From a virus (taxonomy: Duplodnaviria > Caudoviricetes): a stretch of 64,000 nucleotides of DNA. The stretch lies in IMG/VR virus record IMGVR_UViG_3300028171_000090, positions 159,017 to 223,016 of that record. One strand, 5' to 3'. The notes under the pieces are model-generated. The model had not been told where the DNA came from. It searched no databases and was given only the letters and a program-made list of their open reading frames with translations. Position numbers and translations under genes: made by a program. Positions 43,301 through 51,006 of this stretch are shown here, one piece after another (position 1 is the stretch's first letter; each line of letters opens with the position of its first letter).

Positions 43301-45204
43301 TGCTGATTTACTTGGAATGGATATACTTTTATACCTTCCAGTAGGATGGTACGTACATCACGTAAATAACCGAATATAGTCTTACCATATTCGTCAGATG
43401 CCTTTAATAGCCCTCCCATGACAGGAAGCTTCTCGTCATAGAACTGGTCAGCCTTAGAACTATTGTTCATAGCACCATAGCCAGTCATCGCCATATTCTT
43501 ATTATTATCTTCACTAATCATTTTCATTTTCTTACGAGCTTCATAGATGTTGGTATTAGAAGACATACGTGTTTCTCTATCAAGACCACTAAACGCAGCC
43601 ACTAATAGATTGAACATGTTTTCTCCGCCTTCTAATTCTAAACCATGTCTACCTCGCATTTTATCATAGTCCGCTTTCGAAGGATTAAAGAATACTCCTT
43701 TGTCCACAAGCGTCTTGATAAACTTATCTAAATCGCCATCTACCATTCTACGAGAATCTTCATCCTCAAATACGAATGATGACATACGACGCTTCATACC
43801 ACCTTTGATATCACTCATTGGGATATAAGCATTTGCTTCGTTGTCTTTGATAGCTTTATTTATACCAGACTTATTAGAGAAATGTCCCGTTTGATAGTTA
43901 TAGATTAACTCAGGCGTATTCGATACAGCAGAAAGGATTTTACGTAAGTAAGTTGGAATAACTTCTACGATAGCCTGACGTGTAACGCCGTCAAAAGGAA
44001 CAGGTCCTTTTACATACACACCTGGATTAGCAGCAGCCTTTTGGTCAGGCTTCACTCCTAATATCTTAGCCGCTAATTGGACAAGCATGTTGTCACTTTC
44101 GTTACCAGCATTATCTAATTTCAATAATCCTGATGTAGCATAGTTCTTTAGCGTCTTATCTAAGCTTTTTAGTGATTTCTCGAAATCTTTTGGAGTTGCT
44201 TTTTTAGCTAGTAATTTAGGTAAAAAAGATAAAGGTGAGCCAGCTAGACCCATCATTAAGTTAGAATCCTCACCAGCGAATCCTAACATACCTCCAATAT
44301 TATTTTGCCATTCATCCTTGGCTTGTTTCTTAACCTGCTTAATATACTCCGCAATATTAATAGAACCTTCGGCTCCAATAATATCTTCAATCGGATTTAC
44401 CTTTGTAGTCTTAGATGAATTCTGGCTATCATTATAGCCTTTGTACATATTGCGTTGCATCTCAGTAACTTCCTGATTCAATGCTTTCACTTCACGTAGA
44501 AGCTGAGCTGTATCAGTAAAGTATTGACTAGATGTATTGAAATGTGATTGCATATTATTTGTGAAATCAAATAGACCTTTCACGTGAGAAGAAATCTCAC
44601 CGAGTCTTTGATTGATTTCATTATGCATTCTATACTGAGTTACAGTCGATACTCGATGTAACTCTTTTTGTGTTTGTGCAACATAGTCTGCACCGGTAAC
44701 TGTAGCTGACGCAATACGAGTACCGATGTTATTAATGCTACTAATCGTAGCCTTAGTCGTAGCCAATTGGTTAACAGTAATACTCTTAGCCATTGTAGCA
44801 GTACCAGAGTCCATTTGACCTTTTCGTTCAAGGTCATCGAATTCACTAGTATCAAAAAGATTGTCGAAGCCCATCGCTTTCATTTGATATTCGGCTTCGC
44901 GTTCAGGATCATAGAGATTACCTGTTTTCAGGTCGCGCATTGCATTGTCTCGCATCTCACGGATTGCCTTCATAGTTGAAGACTGATCGATAGACGTGCG
45001 AGTTGTAGATAAGATCGATTTAAAGTTACGTACATCGGTAACAATCGACTTCGCAATGTCACTATTGTTTTCTTTATACTCTGTCATGGTTGGAGCCATT
45101 GATTTAAAATGGTCTACAAATCCATAAGTAACAGAACGTCCTACGTTCTTGATGTAGTTAGGGACGGCTTTATACCGGTCCTTTCTAGGTTTGTTATCTG
45201 CCAT
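34396..45204 (-). CDS. Tape-measure / tail-associated lysin with C39 peptidase and GH73 glucosaminidase domains
   Basis: 3602 aa, helical with Gly-rich hydrophobic segments. YYSQGDPRW..GCGPTSAAM..GHFIV (C39); IPASTTIAQAIEESGWG..NNVFGIK..YAT (GH73). Confidence 0.85.
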   Translation of the reverse strand: MADNKPRKDRYKAVPNYIKNVGRSVTYGFVDHFKSMAPTMTEYKENNSDIAKSIVTDVRNFKSILSTTRTSIDQSSTMKAIREMRDNAMRDLKTGNLYDPEREAEYQMKAMGFDNLFDTSEFDDLERKGQMDSGTATMAKSITVNQLATTKATISSINNIGTRIASATVTGADYVAQTQKELHRVSTVTQYRMHNEINQRLGEISSHVKGLFDFTNNMQSHFNTSSQYFTDTAQLLREVKALNQEVTEMQRNMYKGYNDSQNSSKTTKVNPIEDIIGAEGSINIAEYIKQVKKQAKDEWQNNIGGMLGFAGEDSNLMMGLAGSPLSFLPKLLAKKATPKDFEKSLKSLDKTLKNYATSGLLKLDNAGNESDNMLVQLAAKILGVKPDQKAAANPGVYVKGPVPFDGVTRQAIVEVIPTYLRKILSAVSNTPELIYNYQTGHFSNKSGINKAIKDNEANAYIPMSDIKGGMKRRMSSFVFEDEDSRRMVDGDLDKFIKTLVDKGVFFNPSKADYDKMRGRHGLELEGGENMFNLLVAAFSGLDRETRMSSNTNIYEARKKMKMISEDNNKNMAMTGYGAMNNSSKADQFYDEKLPVMGGLLKASDEYGKTIFGYLRDVRTILLEGIKVYPFQVNQHARSRKQVGTKDYRYMDERLTQYHEEVRSLRQDSVSGAGDHSVYKSTPDQLKEQAKNLKGKLMGGISDISNLNMTSIMGIMASSMSGRKQDEDDENAAKRKKFEKTMRQYLGNKTVDTLLKLKRGGKSTITLPGKAASGILDDVNDRLYESLYGKGSAGIDGERTKVLDFSLQGLQKQLNKFSDYMTDKVLDPLHDKLFDKKQGIMPKLEKSLTPKFKGAYTKGMDFLFGRLDATNERQGGIATGVYDNIRDMVDQTNNFFTGKGYTSRVTGKKVDERQDNVMGNVKDFFKARTKWTMDSLFGEKFTETGFDANGEYIERTRRKGGLLTEALNSVKQSFTSFNKGLFGSENPDKQSAGKLYNEHIKDHMPKMGAGAIIGGITGLMGPFGIMGGMLIGSAAGYVTSSNKAKDWLFGEDLGDGNRKDNGVIKKQYVDAMKKYAPSMAGTASAGALASFFLPGGMLTWSFLGAGVGFAAKSDKFKGWLFGEENEDGTRKDNGVIKKQYVDSMKKYAPSMLGHGLVGAGAGMLLPGSMLLWSFMGAGVGFAAQSEKFKNWLFGEDDGDGKRKGGIITNEHMKKLKAAVPIAGIATVGGLAFQSSLGALGSLLLPGGVIGASVLGLGIGIASQTDSVKGFLFGEKDPETEKREGGLFGKLKLWTKFEILEPFKNKMSEMFEGIRHWGVKHILNPIKDSLDPVKAQFKIIAGQLKDQVKGFFKGMLSAADKTFEKSFGKPFGKVMNDYFMDPLKKLSSKLFGGIGKAIGAIISAPVKGLNGLAMGFLDEQRKQNVATYYDQWKADKEERDKAEKIKHAEKKLSNKEKKQRTKDMSEILREYDYDMANPYVKQAVHNHKFGKGLKDGFGNIKPPEVEAIDTNTTETKKGFDRTVDILNNIYSIFTDKVKSRFKRNKKHDDSVDYDPFEYEGEETTTSPRDSKIKTLINNTRKKADEATEKVKNEFDKWKGDVKDKGNDLLEGVNDKLDSILTTISNGANNNDGGPSYNNKTKKRKPRRNRRIRRSNNNRQPNTQSNNKDGSSSDGEAASGDDPDDDRLDDIRDMDNHNSYQQTSKKATSATKIMQVTAITDMSLTLSRIDKNVQDIRDEVHGQLHGVGYHTEMVSNILVEQFGLPSVMPGLFKSGRGNKKGKGLFGKFTGFLKSLVTTPLNALMKVAAVPIKMISNLVTGTLNIIGKVTTEVVKLPGRILGAVAAAGNVLVQGLKPIAAAAVGVVKTSFNALNTIIKGVGGAVYGLTKGVGKAVGELAYGVGHFTGSMIKGVGEITLGITKMTMKAIPAFIGVLVDAGKAVWTFAKTITKGVWNIATSPFKFLAGKLGMNGETKKKYSVTITKIADTEFNKRQDKMVSLLSDIKTIMSQPNFGICTCGKDGGPGDGVSERVQRPSTTGPAGGGMRMGGPGFLQFFGAHAASTEGTKKKGGVFSKITSLFKGGGEETKHEDKPEAKPAEVTAPKSPVKDVKNILSEQAIRAKESIEAKFRSIQTVSAETVPKIYSLMQKDSASRFGFLGKLLSFAGTLLIPFLKTAMKLFTHLWDGIRTGSLLAKLAKLLPVGGLGGKGGPTVAGAGAGGKGGKGGKGGAGGAAGKAAGGAGAVLAGLPLVGKFFGGKGGKAPTTPGGGGGRGNVIPFPGGGTAGATAPKKGFKLPKMGGPLGAALTGGALIGGLMLGGDTVNENLMGSESENQSLVQTVGEGVVTYGVNSKIREVKKNAIGKGVESSLDVIGKAFKSNPAQAMKDIATKMAPTIAQKVGPKAAARVAALSTGAVTGGITTGILLGSDAIFGAMDTNKIFQLPPDFSPTFSMKRAATLANMVDNNITFGTVPIKSIAEVIYNALGDEKDEETLAQAQGQFTNQLNKYNEGKDKKEQLTANQYNKKVNANFMDKGIDKAKEWGSAAWEGTKSVGKKIADVTGSVTGKVVDGAKSFGSGVATVASNTWNGAKKVGSSIADGAGKAYNGAKKFVTTGTPFAAFNDSEVHKQLGLKDGVKLNISDRISVAEGKFVEMITGGLIDSEDASKTTKGFLLKIEDSAKSLWDDASKQFTDFKDKTKKNIGLGVTAADATMGAYFGMKDEKGNNIPLSKGISNTWNKYSKEAARVAGDIGTLVAETWKGIGKDIGKWTSDTVDWIGKAPGKMDDYFGGLLGKKDKDGNPMKLSDIASEKLNSWGDSIGKVAGDVAKGFSDMWNGLLKDTGGFVSDVTKGIGKGLDNLNSTLGSWFNMKNGNGESSFVGGVVEGAKDLGSGIVNGAKSAWNWGSNKVEQGMDALGSVFGGAQDRQQQDANQRNGNTSRAGNGLSSRDCIGEECNKLYGHRTGQAGNGPEDGVSTNPGSGDIANGMVYYSQGDPRWASTMYGADSIKVAGCGPTSAAMVLSSFNNKAITPPETADWSVKHGHRVPGAGTAWSYWKAIGNAYGVNFEDAGSNKDRILQSLRDGKPVVMSGRGGKPFTSGGHFIVGRGVSPDGTKIIVNDPVSRERSIEYPTSTIFGSMRNAWVATKNGKGLSGSITTAPGVTMPDGQTMTAAAVQQKEPTLMDAFIQYGKYTAGLAESAMTGKEFDPSKYEPEVTAQGPAPNATSGPTGGVVGDIKPGQPTPYDMQPIGPQIGQTKRGNPVYRGNKGENIRDLKLGKEGFINLVAPQAIENQKNYNIPASTTIAQAIEESGWGKSTILNNVFGIKEGSTYKGPVINTKTHEGSGGGRVSIMDGFRGMTGINDGIINHGAKTIAGNPQWYSGVMTSDWQRSIDGLLPHYATVGDGYTQRLKTYVRQNNLTRFNTMPNTATQRAGNGGEGEDTSAPLNLEAPKIKVTNVYKQANPTPQAPTAKPNTMDGSQISSFLSRTISRDADRMNKALTDSRIAKEYSSNMGYAQVLEVLERIAGNTDVIRDNTSEIAQKEHNIVVQNNVQTQNDSNDKDSTNSETPVNIMAVDANPFNVLTTQDRNSNPVQRGYLSAKNIAKGKKY
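41345..42625 (-). repeat. Internal protein repeats in the tape-measure gene
   Basis: WLFGEDLGDGNRKDNGVIKKQYVDAMKKYAPSM and WLFGEENEDGTRKDNGVIKKQYVDSMKKYAPSM, plus four looser (F/W/S)LFG...R.GG copies. Confidence 0.85.
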
Positions 45205-45242
45205 CTACATTCACCTTCCTTTACTATAAAGTGAATAACTAT

Positions 45243-45254
45243 TATATAGATGTT
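45243..45254 (-). promoter_or_regulatory. Late promoter AACATCTATATA for the tape-measure gene
   Basis: AACA-N6-TA directly after a terminator. Confidence 0.65.
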
Positions 45255-45269
45255 TTAACAAAAAAAATA

Positions 45270-45295
45270 GAGTACACAGGTTTCCCTGTGTACTC
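45270..45295 (-). terminator. Intrinsic terminator
   Basis: GAGTACACAGG-tttc-CCTGTGTACTC with a T-run on the minus strand. Confidence 0.8.
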
Positions 45296-45301
45296 CGTAT
45301 A

Positions 45302-45874
45302 TTATTGACCCAGCTCGCGCAGAATCTTTTTCATTGATTTAGATACCTTGCCGTCAGCGTCAATCTCTTCGCGATTCCATTTCGCACAAGTAGATTTTTG
45401 ACCCAGCTTAGCATGAGGTTTAAGACGTACTTTATTTTCTTTTTTCGGATAAGACTTGATCTCTTCTTCTTGTGGTTTCAGGAAGATTTGAGCAGTAATA
45501 TCTTCTTTATCATAAATTCTGTAATGGCGACCAGTTTTATTGTAGTAATAAATGAAATCATTCATGAAGTCATACATTGCATCTAGGTCTTTGCCACTGA
45601 ATTCGTAAGTTGTTAGCATTGTGTCTGCTTCTTGTTTATCTACACCGTAATCGATTAATACGTTACGTAAGATTTTACGGAAGCCTTTAACCGGCTGCGT
45701 TTCAATTTTAACAGCTTCACCTTTTTCCACTTTCATTACATGTGAAATTAATTCAGGATCGTTTAGGTAATCCTTGATAAGGTTATTGAATACTGTACGT
45801 GAGAATGTACGCTTTACCAGATTTGCTCTTTCCGTTGCTACACTTTGTAAGAATTTTGATTCTTGTTTACTCAT
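45302..45874 (-). CDS. Hypothetical protein
   Basis: 190 aa, GAGGAGG RBS, AACA-N6-TA upstream. Confidence 0.75.
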   Translation of the reverse strand: MSKQESKFLQSVATERANLVKRTFSRTVFNNLIKDYLNDPELISHVMKVEKGEAVKIETQPVKGFRKILRNVLIDYGVDKQEADTMLTTYEFSGKDLDAMYDFMNDFIYYYNKTGRHYRIYDKEDITAQIFLKPQEEEIKSYPKKENKVRLKPHAKLGQKSTCAKWNREEIDADGKVSKSMKKILRELGQ

Positions 45875-45967
45875 TTTAATTTCCTCCTCAAGATTAATTT
45901 CTCAGGTATATTATTGTTATTAATTAATAGTTTACGATATATTATTTTATAATCATGCTTATAGGGC

Positions 45968-46783
45968 TTATCTTAGCTGATCAATCAGACGTAAGATGAA
46001 CTCTTCCGGCTCGTTTGGTTCGAATTGAGAGTTATGTTTCTCAATGAATTCACCGTTTAAGCAACGAACCTTATGCTTATTGTTTTCCCAATCTTCATCA
46101 TCGATATCCCAGTAAGTTAATTGAACTTCTAGGTCTGGGAAGTAGCGAGAAACGAATAAAGCAAATCCTTCTACATGATCGTATAGTGTATCGAATCTAT
46201 AGAAATAGCTACAAGCCATCCATAGAGTCATTTTAACGTCATCCATTTTAACTGGTGTACCGACATCTTTTGCAAATTGGATAATCTTTTCATCGATAAA
46301 GTTTGTACCGAATGATTGTCCACGGTAATCCAGTAAGTCCTGTGCTGAACCAGCTAATAGGTTTAACATATCATAACGAGAATATAACTCCTCGAACTGC
46401 TTATCCTTTTTCGCTTTATGTGCAGCCCATTCATCTTCAGTCATTTTAAGATATTTGTATAATCGCTCTAAGCTCATTTTAAACCAACGAGCCATTGCTG
46501 TTTCATCATCTGTAGCACGACTCTTTTCAGGGAAATCTACATATGAAATATTTTCAGATGCGAACCCTAATACGTCAGCCAATGTTACATCATTAACCAT
46601 TCCAGCTAATGTCATACGTTCAATATTTGAATGGAAGTATAAGAAGTCAAGTAATTGCTGATTACGCAATCCTTGACGGCGCTTAATCGTATCCACGTTC
46701 CCCTCAAATACTTCTTCAAAACGTTGTTTTTCCATCATCAAAGGATGTACTAACGTCATCTCGTTTCTATATCTTTTAATCAT
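45968..46783 (-). CDS. YubB/DUF1281-like protein (diverged)
   Basis: C-terminal YRFDTLYDHVEGFALFVSRYFPDLEVQLTYWD resembles the YubB ferredoxin-like domain. Confidence 0.5.
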   Translation of the reverse strand: MIKRYRNEMTLVHPLMMEKQRFEEVFEGNVDTIKRRQGLRNQQLLDFLYFHSNIERMTLAGMVNDVTLADVLGFASENISYVDFPEKSRATDDETAMARWFKMSLERLYKYLKMTEDEWAAHKAKKDKQFEELYSRYDMLNLLAGSAQDLLDYRGQSFGTNFIDEKIIQFAKDVGTPVKMDDVKMTLWMACSYFYRFDTLYDHVEGFALFVSRYFPDLEVQLTYWDIDDEDWENNKHKVRCLNGEFIEKHNSQFEPNEPEEFILRLIDQLR

Positions 46784-46832
46784 GTTATCTCTCCTCTATG
46801 TGTTATATAGTCCTCATAATACTGTTTGAGGA

Positions 46833-47804
46833 TTATATTTTATCTAAGCGTATTGCTTTTGCTTTCCGTATGTTAAGATGCTTGTAAATGTTTTCTTTAG
46901 AAATATATCCTTCACAATCATCTATAATATCTTCTAAAGTCATTTCCATATTATCTTTCATATCACGTACGATATCTTCATCAGCCCAGTCTTGGAATAA
47001 ATGGAATCCTGCATACGATTGTCCATCGTACCAATCTTGCTCAATTAAGTCTCCTGCAAAATATTTTAGACGACCTGCTATCATCATACCAGGCTCATTA
47101 CATTCTAAATCAAACTCTAGTTTTGGATACATCTCAGATATCTTTGCAAGAAATATATCTGCTGGCGACCATGCTGTTTCAAATTGACATAATATACTTG
47201 TATCAGTAATCTGCTCAATATGTAAGTCAGCAGGGAATGTCCACTTCTGACCCAGATTCAATAGATTGAAATAATATGCACTTAGTTGGTCATTGTAACC
47301 TCTCACTTCGGGGATTGGTAATCCTTCTCGATATCCTACAAGTGGAGGTGGTTCTACTAAATTATGAAAACTGTATTTATTTGGTTCCGCAGCCTCATAC
47401 CATTTTTCTCGTAATAATCTACGGTTTGCTAATTGCTTCTTAGATAGATTCATTATTTCGTAAATATTTTTAATAAATTCTTTGAAGTAATCATTAAAAG
47501 AATCGACCCCATCTCTCTTGAAGAATGGATAGGTAATTAAATTCTCTTTCTGATCAAGAAAATCAATATCAGATATATTCATATACGCGAAGTGAATGAT
47601 ATCTCTAATTTTCTGTTTTCCATGTGTATTATTTAACTTATCTTCCATTGCAGCATATATTGCACACATATCTAAAATACGTAATGTAGGTAATATTACT
47701 TTATCATGCAATGGATTTGCTGGCTTTATCCACCGTTCATGAAATGCTTGTATCTGATCTTTCGGTCCATTAATATAAATAGAGTTAAAGCAATAGTTAG
47801 GCAT
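46833..47804 (-). CDS. YubB/DUF1281 (Api92-like) ferredoxin-like domain protein
   Basis: MPNYCFNSIYING start; LGQKW..FETAWSPAD..ISEMYPKLEFDLECNEPG..AG. Confidence 0.8.
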   Translation of the reverse strand: MPNYCFNSIYINGPKDQIQAFHERWIKPANPLHDKVILPTLRILDMCAIYAAMEDKLNNTHGKQKIRDIIHFAYMNISDIDFLDQKENLITYPFFKRDGVDSFNDYFKEFIKNIYEIMNLSKKQLANRRLLREKWYEAAEPNKYSFHNLVEPPPLVGYREGLPIPEVRGYNDQLSAYYFNLLNLGQKWTFPADLHIEQITDTSILCQFETAWSPADIFLAKISEMYPKLEFDLECNEPGMMIAGRLKYFAGDLIEQDWYDGQSYAGFHLFQDWADEDIVRDMKDNMEMTLEDIIDDCEGYISKENIYKHLNIRKAKAIRLDKI

Positions 47805-48226
47805 TACTCCTTACCTCCATTGATTACTTTCAATATAGCTTTGTCTGGATGTTCTGGCATCTCAAACGTGCCACCAAACTCATCTGAAGTAATAACGAAC
47901 TCTTTATTTTGATCTTCAAATACTTGACCTACCATTAATGCGAATTGTAAACCACCAATAGTAAATCCATATTGCTCTACGAAATCTTCCGGGAATTCAT
48001 CCTTTTCCTCAAAGGCAAATGAAGCCTTGACCATTTCTAAGAATCTATCGATTACCTTATTATACTCTTCAGAGTTAATAGATACACCGTTTAACATTGC
48101 GAAGTCTTCCATGATTTTATTCTCAGTATCTCTATCTTCAGCTAATCGAATATCTGTAAATGCCTTCTCGATTAATACCTTTAAAGTAATTGCATACTTA
48201 TCATTTAATTTTACATTTGTTAACAT
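47804..48226 (-). CDS. Hypothetical protein
   Basis: 140 aa, GGAGG RBS, TAATG-coupled to the next gene. Confidence 0.7.
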   Translation of the reverse strand: MLTNVKLNDKYAITLKVLIEKAFTDIRLAEDRDTENKIMEDFAMLNGVSINSEEYNKVIDRFLEMVKASFAFEEKDEFPEDFVEQYGFTIGGLQFALMVGQVFEDQNKEFVITSDEFGGTFEMPEHPDKAILKVINGGKE

Positions 48227-48256
48227 AGCTGATTCCTCCTGATATATGTGTTAGTA

Positions 48257-48604
48257 TTATACTGCGAATGATGCTCCTGTTTTCTTTAGTTCTATCATTT
48301 GGTCATATGTATCTTCCATTACTTTAAGGAAGTGATATGTACCTTCATCTGGACCTATTACAATTGGGAAGAACTCATGTTTCTCTCTTCCTTCATAGAA
48401 GTAATCCATATGAGTCAATACTTCCCCAACTCGGAATACAAAGTCAGGATGATTGGTATCGATACCTTTCATAGAAGGTAGACAAGGGAGAAACTTCTCC
48501 CTTGCCTCCAATCGCTCTTTGTCTTCTGTAGCTTCAAAGATTCGATATAAGAATCCTGAAACCATTGTCTTTAAATTTGAATAACGTTCATCTTTGATTT
48601 CCAT
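48257..48604 (-). CDS. Hypothetical protein
   Basis: 115 aa, TAATG-coupled to the upstream gene. Confidence 0.7.
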   Translation of the reverse strand: MEIKDERYSNLKTMVSGFLYRIFEATEDKERLEAREKFLPCLPSMKGIDTNHPDFVFRVGEVLTHMDYFYEGREKHEFFPIVIGPDEGTYHFLKVMEDTYDQMIELKKTGASFAV

Positions 48605-49101
48605 TACTTATTCTCCTCCCATTTTGCTTCTAAGGATTTGACAGTATTAACGATAACGCTATTTAATTGATCGCTAATACCAAAGCGTTCTTTATTTACT
48701 TCAATACTCTTATAGATGTCACCATTATCATGACGTTTACAAGCAGCATACCAGTCACAAACCATTTCAACTAAATCGATTAGACACATACCTTCAATTC
48801 CATTTTCATAGAATTCTGGATGATGACTATTTACTTCATAGTGATGATTGATACCCGGCTTAATACGGTTTAATGATGCTTTATATTCAGGTGACCCATA
48901 AGTCAGACCTTTTAAGCAATCTGTAGCTTCTGTAAAGTATGGGTATTCTTCATCGCTGAATTTACTATAGTCGTGCTCGATAGCACGTTTTGTTAAGTCG
49001 GTAATCATATATGTCATACCTTTACCAACTTCAGCTTTATGTTTTAATGTATCCCTTACATGCGAGTTTGCTACAACTGTTGTATCGATAGTGTCGTTCA
49101 T
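48604..49101 (-). CDS. DUF5662 family (HD-like) protein
   Basis: HDYSKFSDEE, HHYEVNSHHPE, DLVEMVCDWYAA. Start at 49101 after GAAGGA. Confidence 0.75.
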   Translation of the reverse strand: MNDTIDTTVVANSHVRDTLKHKAEVGKGMTYMITDLTKRAIEHDYSKFSDEEYPYFTEATDCLKGLTYGSPEYKASLNRIKPGINHHYEVNSHHPEFYENGIEGMCLIDLVEMVCDWYAACKRHDNGDIYKSIEVNKERFGISDQLNSVIVNTVKSLEAKWEENK

Positions 49102-49148
49102 TTTTGTTCCTTCTTTCCCATCTAATATATTTTGAATTGCTGTTCCAA

Positions 49149-49868
49149 TCATTTCGATTCCTCCATTTTCCTTGTAATATGATAAGCTTGCACCATAGTG
49201 CCGTTGCTAGTTTCCAATAAACTCGGTTCAATAGCTAGACTGGTACAACTTAAATTTAACAATTCTCGTAAATGATTTACATTCATATCTGCTCTGTTTC
49301 TTTGATGTCCATTACTATACTCTCGTATAGTTTCTCTTCCCAGATAATCTTTCACATATACTCGAACGTGTATACCAGGATGTGCCGCAGTAATCATAGG
49401 CATCGGTTCTAATATATCAGCATCCGTAATAAGCGTTATATGCGTTCGATCATCTGTAGAGATTGGAGTTATTGTAATATCTTTAATTAATTGTAGTAAA
49501 CTCCCTTTTGTCTCAATAGCTGATTTACTACATAAAGCTGTAGCTTGTGAAAGGTGTTCGCCTCTCATAAGTTTAAAGAATTCTCTTGTAATCTCTACCG
49601 CTTTCTCTATTGGAACCCCATTAAATAATTTATAATTATCAATAATATAATTGATACATTTAAGTACTTCCCCATCTGCTCGATCAGGATCATTTAACAT
49701 AAGTTCGACATGCTCTAACATTTTATTCGCTAATAATAATCCTGGTCGATAGTTACTCATAGCATATTGAAACCCAATCATTGAATTAGTTACAAGTGTT
49801 GAATCTATTCCTTGTAAACCTATGATTGAGATTTTGTATTGGGTAAATCCTCCGTACAATTCTGCCAT
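49149..49868 (-). CDS. Hypothetical protein, remote YubB-like paralog
   Basis: C-terminal ITLITDADILEPMPMITAAHPGIHVRVYV aligns by eye with the neighbouring genes. Confidence 0.5.
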   Translation of the reverse strand: MAELYGGFTQYKISIIGLQGIDSTLVTNSMIGFQYAMSNYRPGLLLANKMLEHVELMLNDPDRADGEVLKCINYIIDNYKLFNGVPIEKAVEITREFFKLMRGEHLSQATALCSKSAIETKGSLLQLIKDITITPISTDDRTHITLITDADILEPMPMITAAHPGIHVRVYVKDYLGRETIREYSNGHQRNRADMNVNHLRELLNLSCTSLAIEPSLLETSNGTMVQAYHITRKMEESK

Positions 49869-50028
49869 TTTTAAGCACAACCTTTCTAGGAAGAGGTGTT
49901 AATTTAATATCACACTCTTCCAGATTTATTTTCTTTCCCGTATCTGTAATTGCAGTAAGTGAACCACGAAGGGTAACTGTTTTACCGTAATCGATTAAAA
50001 CAATACCATCATCTGGATGCATTTGCAT
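49786..50028 (-). CDS. Small hypothetical protein
   Basis: TAATG-coupled to the upstream gene, but overlaps the downstream gene by ~80 nt. Confidence 0.4.
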   Translation of the reverse strand: MQMHPDDGIVLIDYGKTVTLRGSLTAITDTGKKINLEECDIKLTPLPRKVVLKNGRIVRRIYPIQNLNHRFTRNRFNTCN

Positions 50029-50954
50029 TATAGAACTCCACTATTAGGAATTTCTTTTAATAATAATTCCGCATAAGTTTTAGCACTATTATTTTTAAGA
50101 AATTTATCGAACTCTGCGATATTCGGTATTAAGTTACGACGACGTAATTCTTTTGAAGTTAAATCGATATCTTTAAGTAATTGCGTGCCTTCTGGAGTAT
50201 TTGCAACCTCAGGGTTGATATAATAGCTACCAATATCGAATACGAATGTTAATTTAATATCACCCGATTTCTTTGTAAGCTCATTCATTGTTGCTCTAAC
50301 CTCATCATCGGTCATAGATTTAAGTTTATTCTCAAAGTCGTTTGGAAATAACTCTGTCCCATTTTGAAAGTAACGACGATTAGGTTCATTATAGTTAAAT
50401 CTAGGAACTGAATAAATTACAAATGTGAAGTCTGGATGTAATTTTGTTAACTCGTCCATATGTGTAATAACATCAACATCACTTACAAGTCGCAGTTGTA
50501 CAGTGTTTGGTGTTTCCTGCATAATAGTCAATGATTCTAATTGATTAAGTAAATTAGATACTTGATGACCAAGATGTATTGCAGTTGTTGAATGTTTTTG
50601 TATAGTAATATTTCTTACTTTACTATCCATTTTATCAAAGATAAAACGTGTCATTTGTACTGCTTTATCTAAAGTCAATTGATAAAATAGATTATAATTG
50701 TCAACGATGAAATCATATATAATCATTGTAGACTGATCGAAAGCTTGTATACCAAATTTATTTGGGTCTAATTCTTTCAGAATTTGATGCAATAATTCAG
50801 TGCTTGTTAAGAATGATTTTAATTCATGTTGGAAATGTTCTCGTTGTTTGTATTGGAAGTCTGGTCCTTGCACTGGCACACCATCTCCATCAACCATAGA
50901 TATATTATATACATTTAATCCTGCAATTGTTTTAATTTCGAATTCGTTTGTCAT
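50028..50954 (-). CDS. Hypothetical protein, remote YubB-like paralog
   Basis: VQLRLVSDVDVITHMDELTKLHPDFTFVIYSV; AAGGGAG RBS. Confidence 0.5.
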   Translation of the reverse strand: MTNEFEIKTIAGLNVYNISMVDGDGVPVQGPDFQYKQREHFQHELKSFLTSTELLHQILKELDPNKFGIQAFDQSTMIIYDFIVDNYNLFYQLTLDKAVQMTRFIFDKMDSKVRNITIQKHSTTAIHLGHQVSNLLNQLESLTIMQETPNTVQLRLVSDVDVITHMDELTKLHPDFTFVIYSVPRFNYNEPNRRYFQNGTELFPNDFENKLKSMTDDEVRATMNELTKKSGDIKLTFVFDIGSYYINPEVANTPEGTQLLKDIDLTSKELRRRNLIPNIAEFDKFLKNNSAKTYAELLLKEIPNSGVL

Positions 50955-51006
50955 TTTAATTAGCTCCCTTTATTTTAAGTCTAGTTTTATATAAAGCAGT
51001 TCCAGC

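Noticed and set aside
36159-44979. Many 60-180 aa ORFs antisense or out of frame within the tape-measure gene (e.g. 38255-38788)
   Set aside because: Shadow ORFs caused by biased Gly/Ala/Lys codons; no RBS or promoter.
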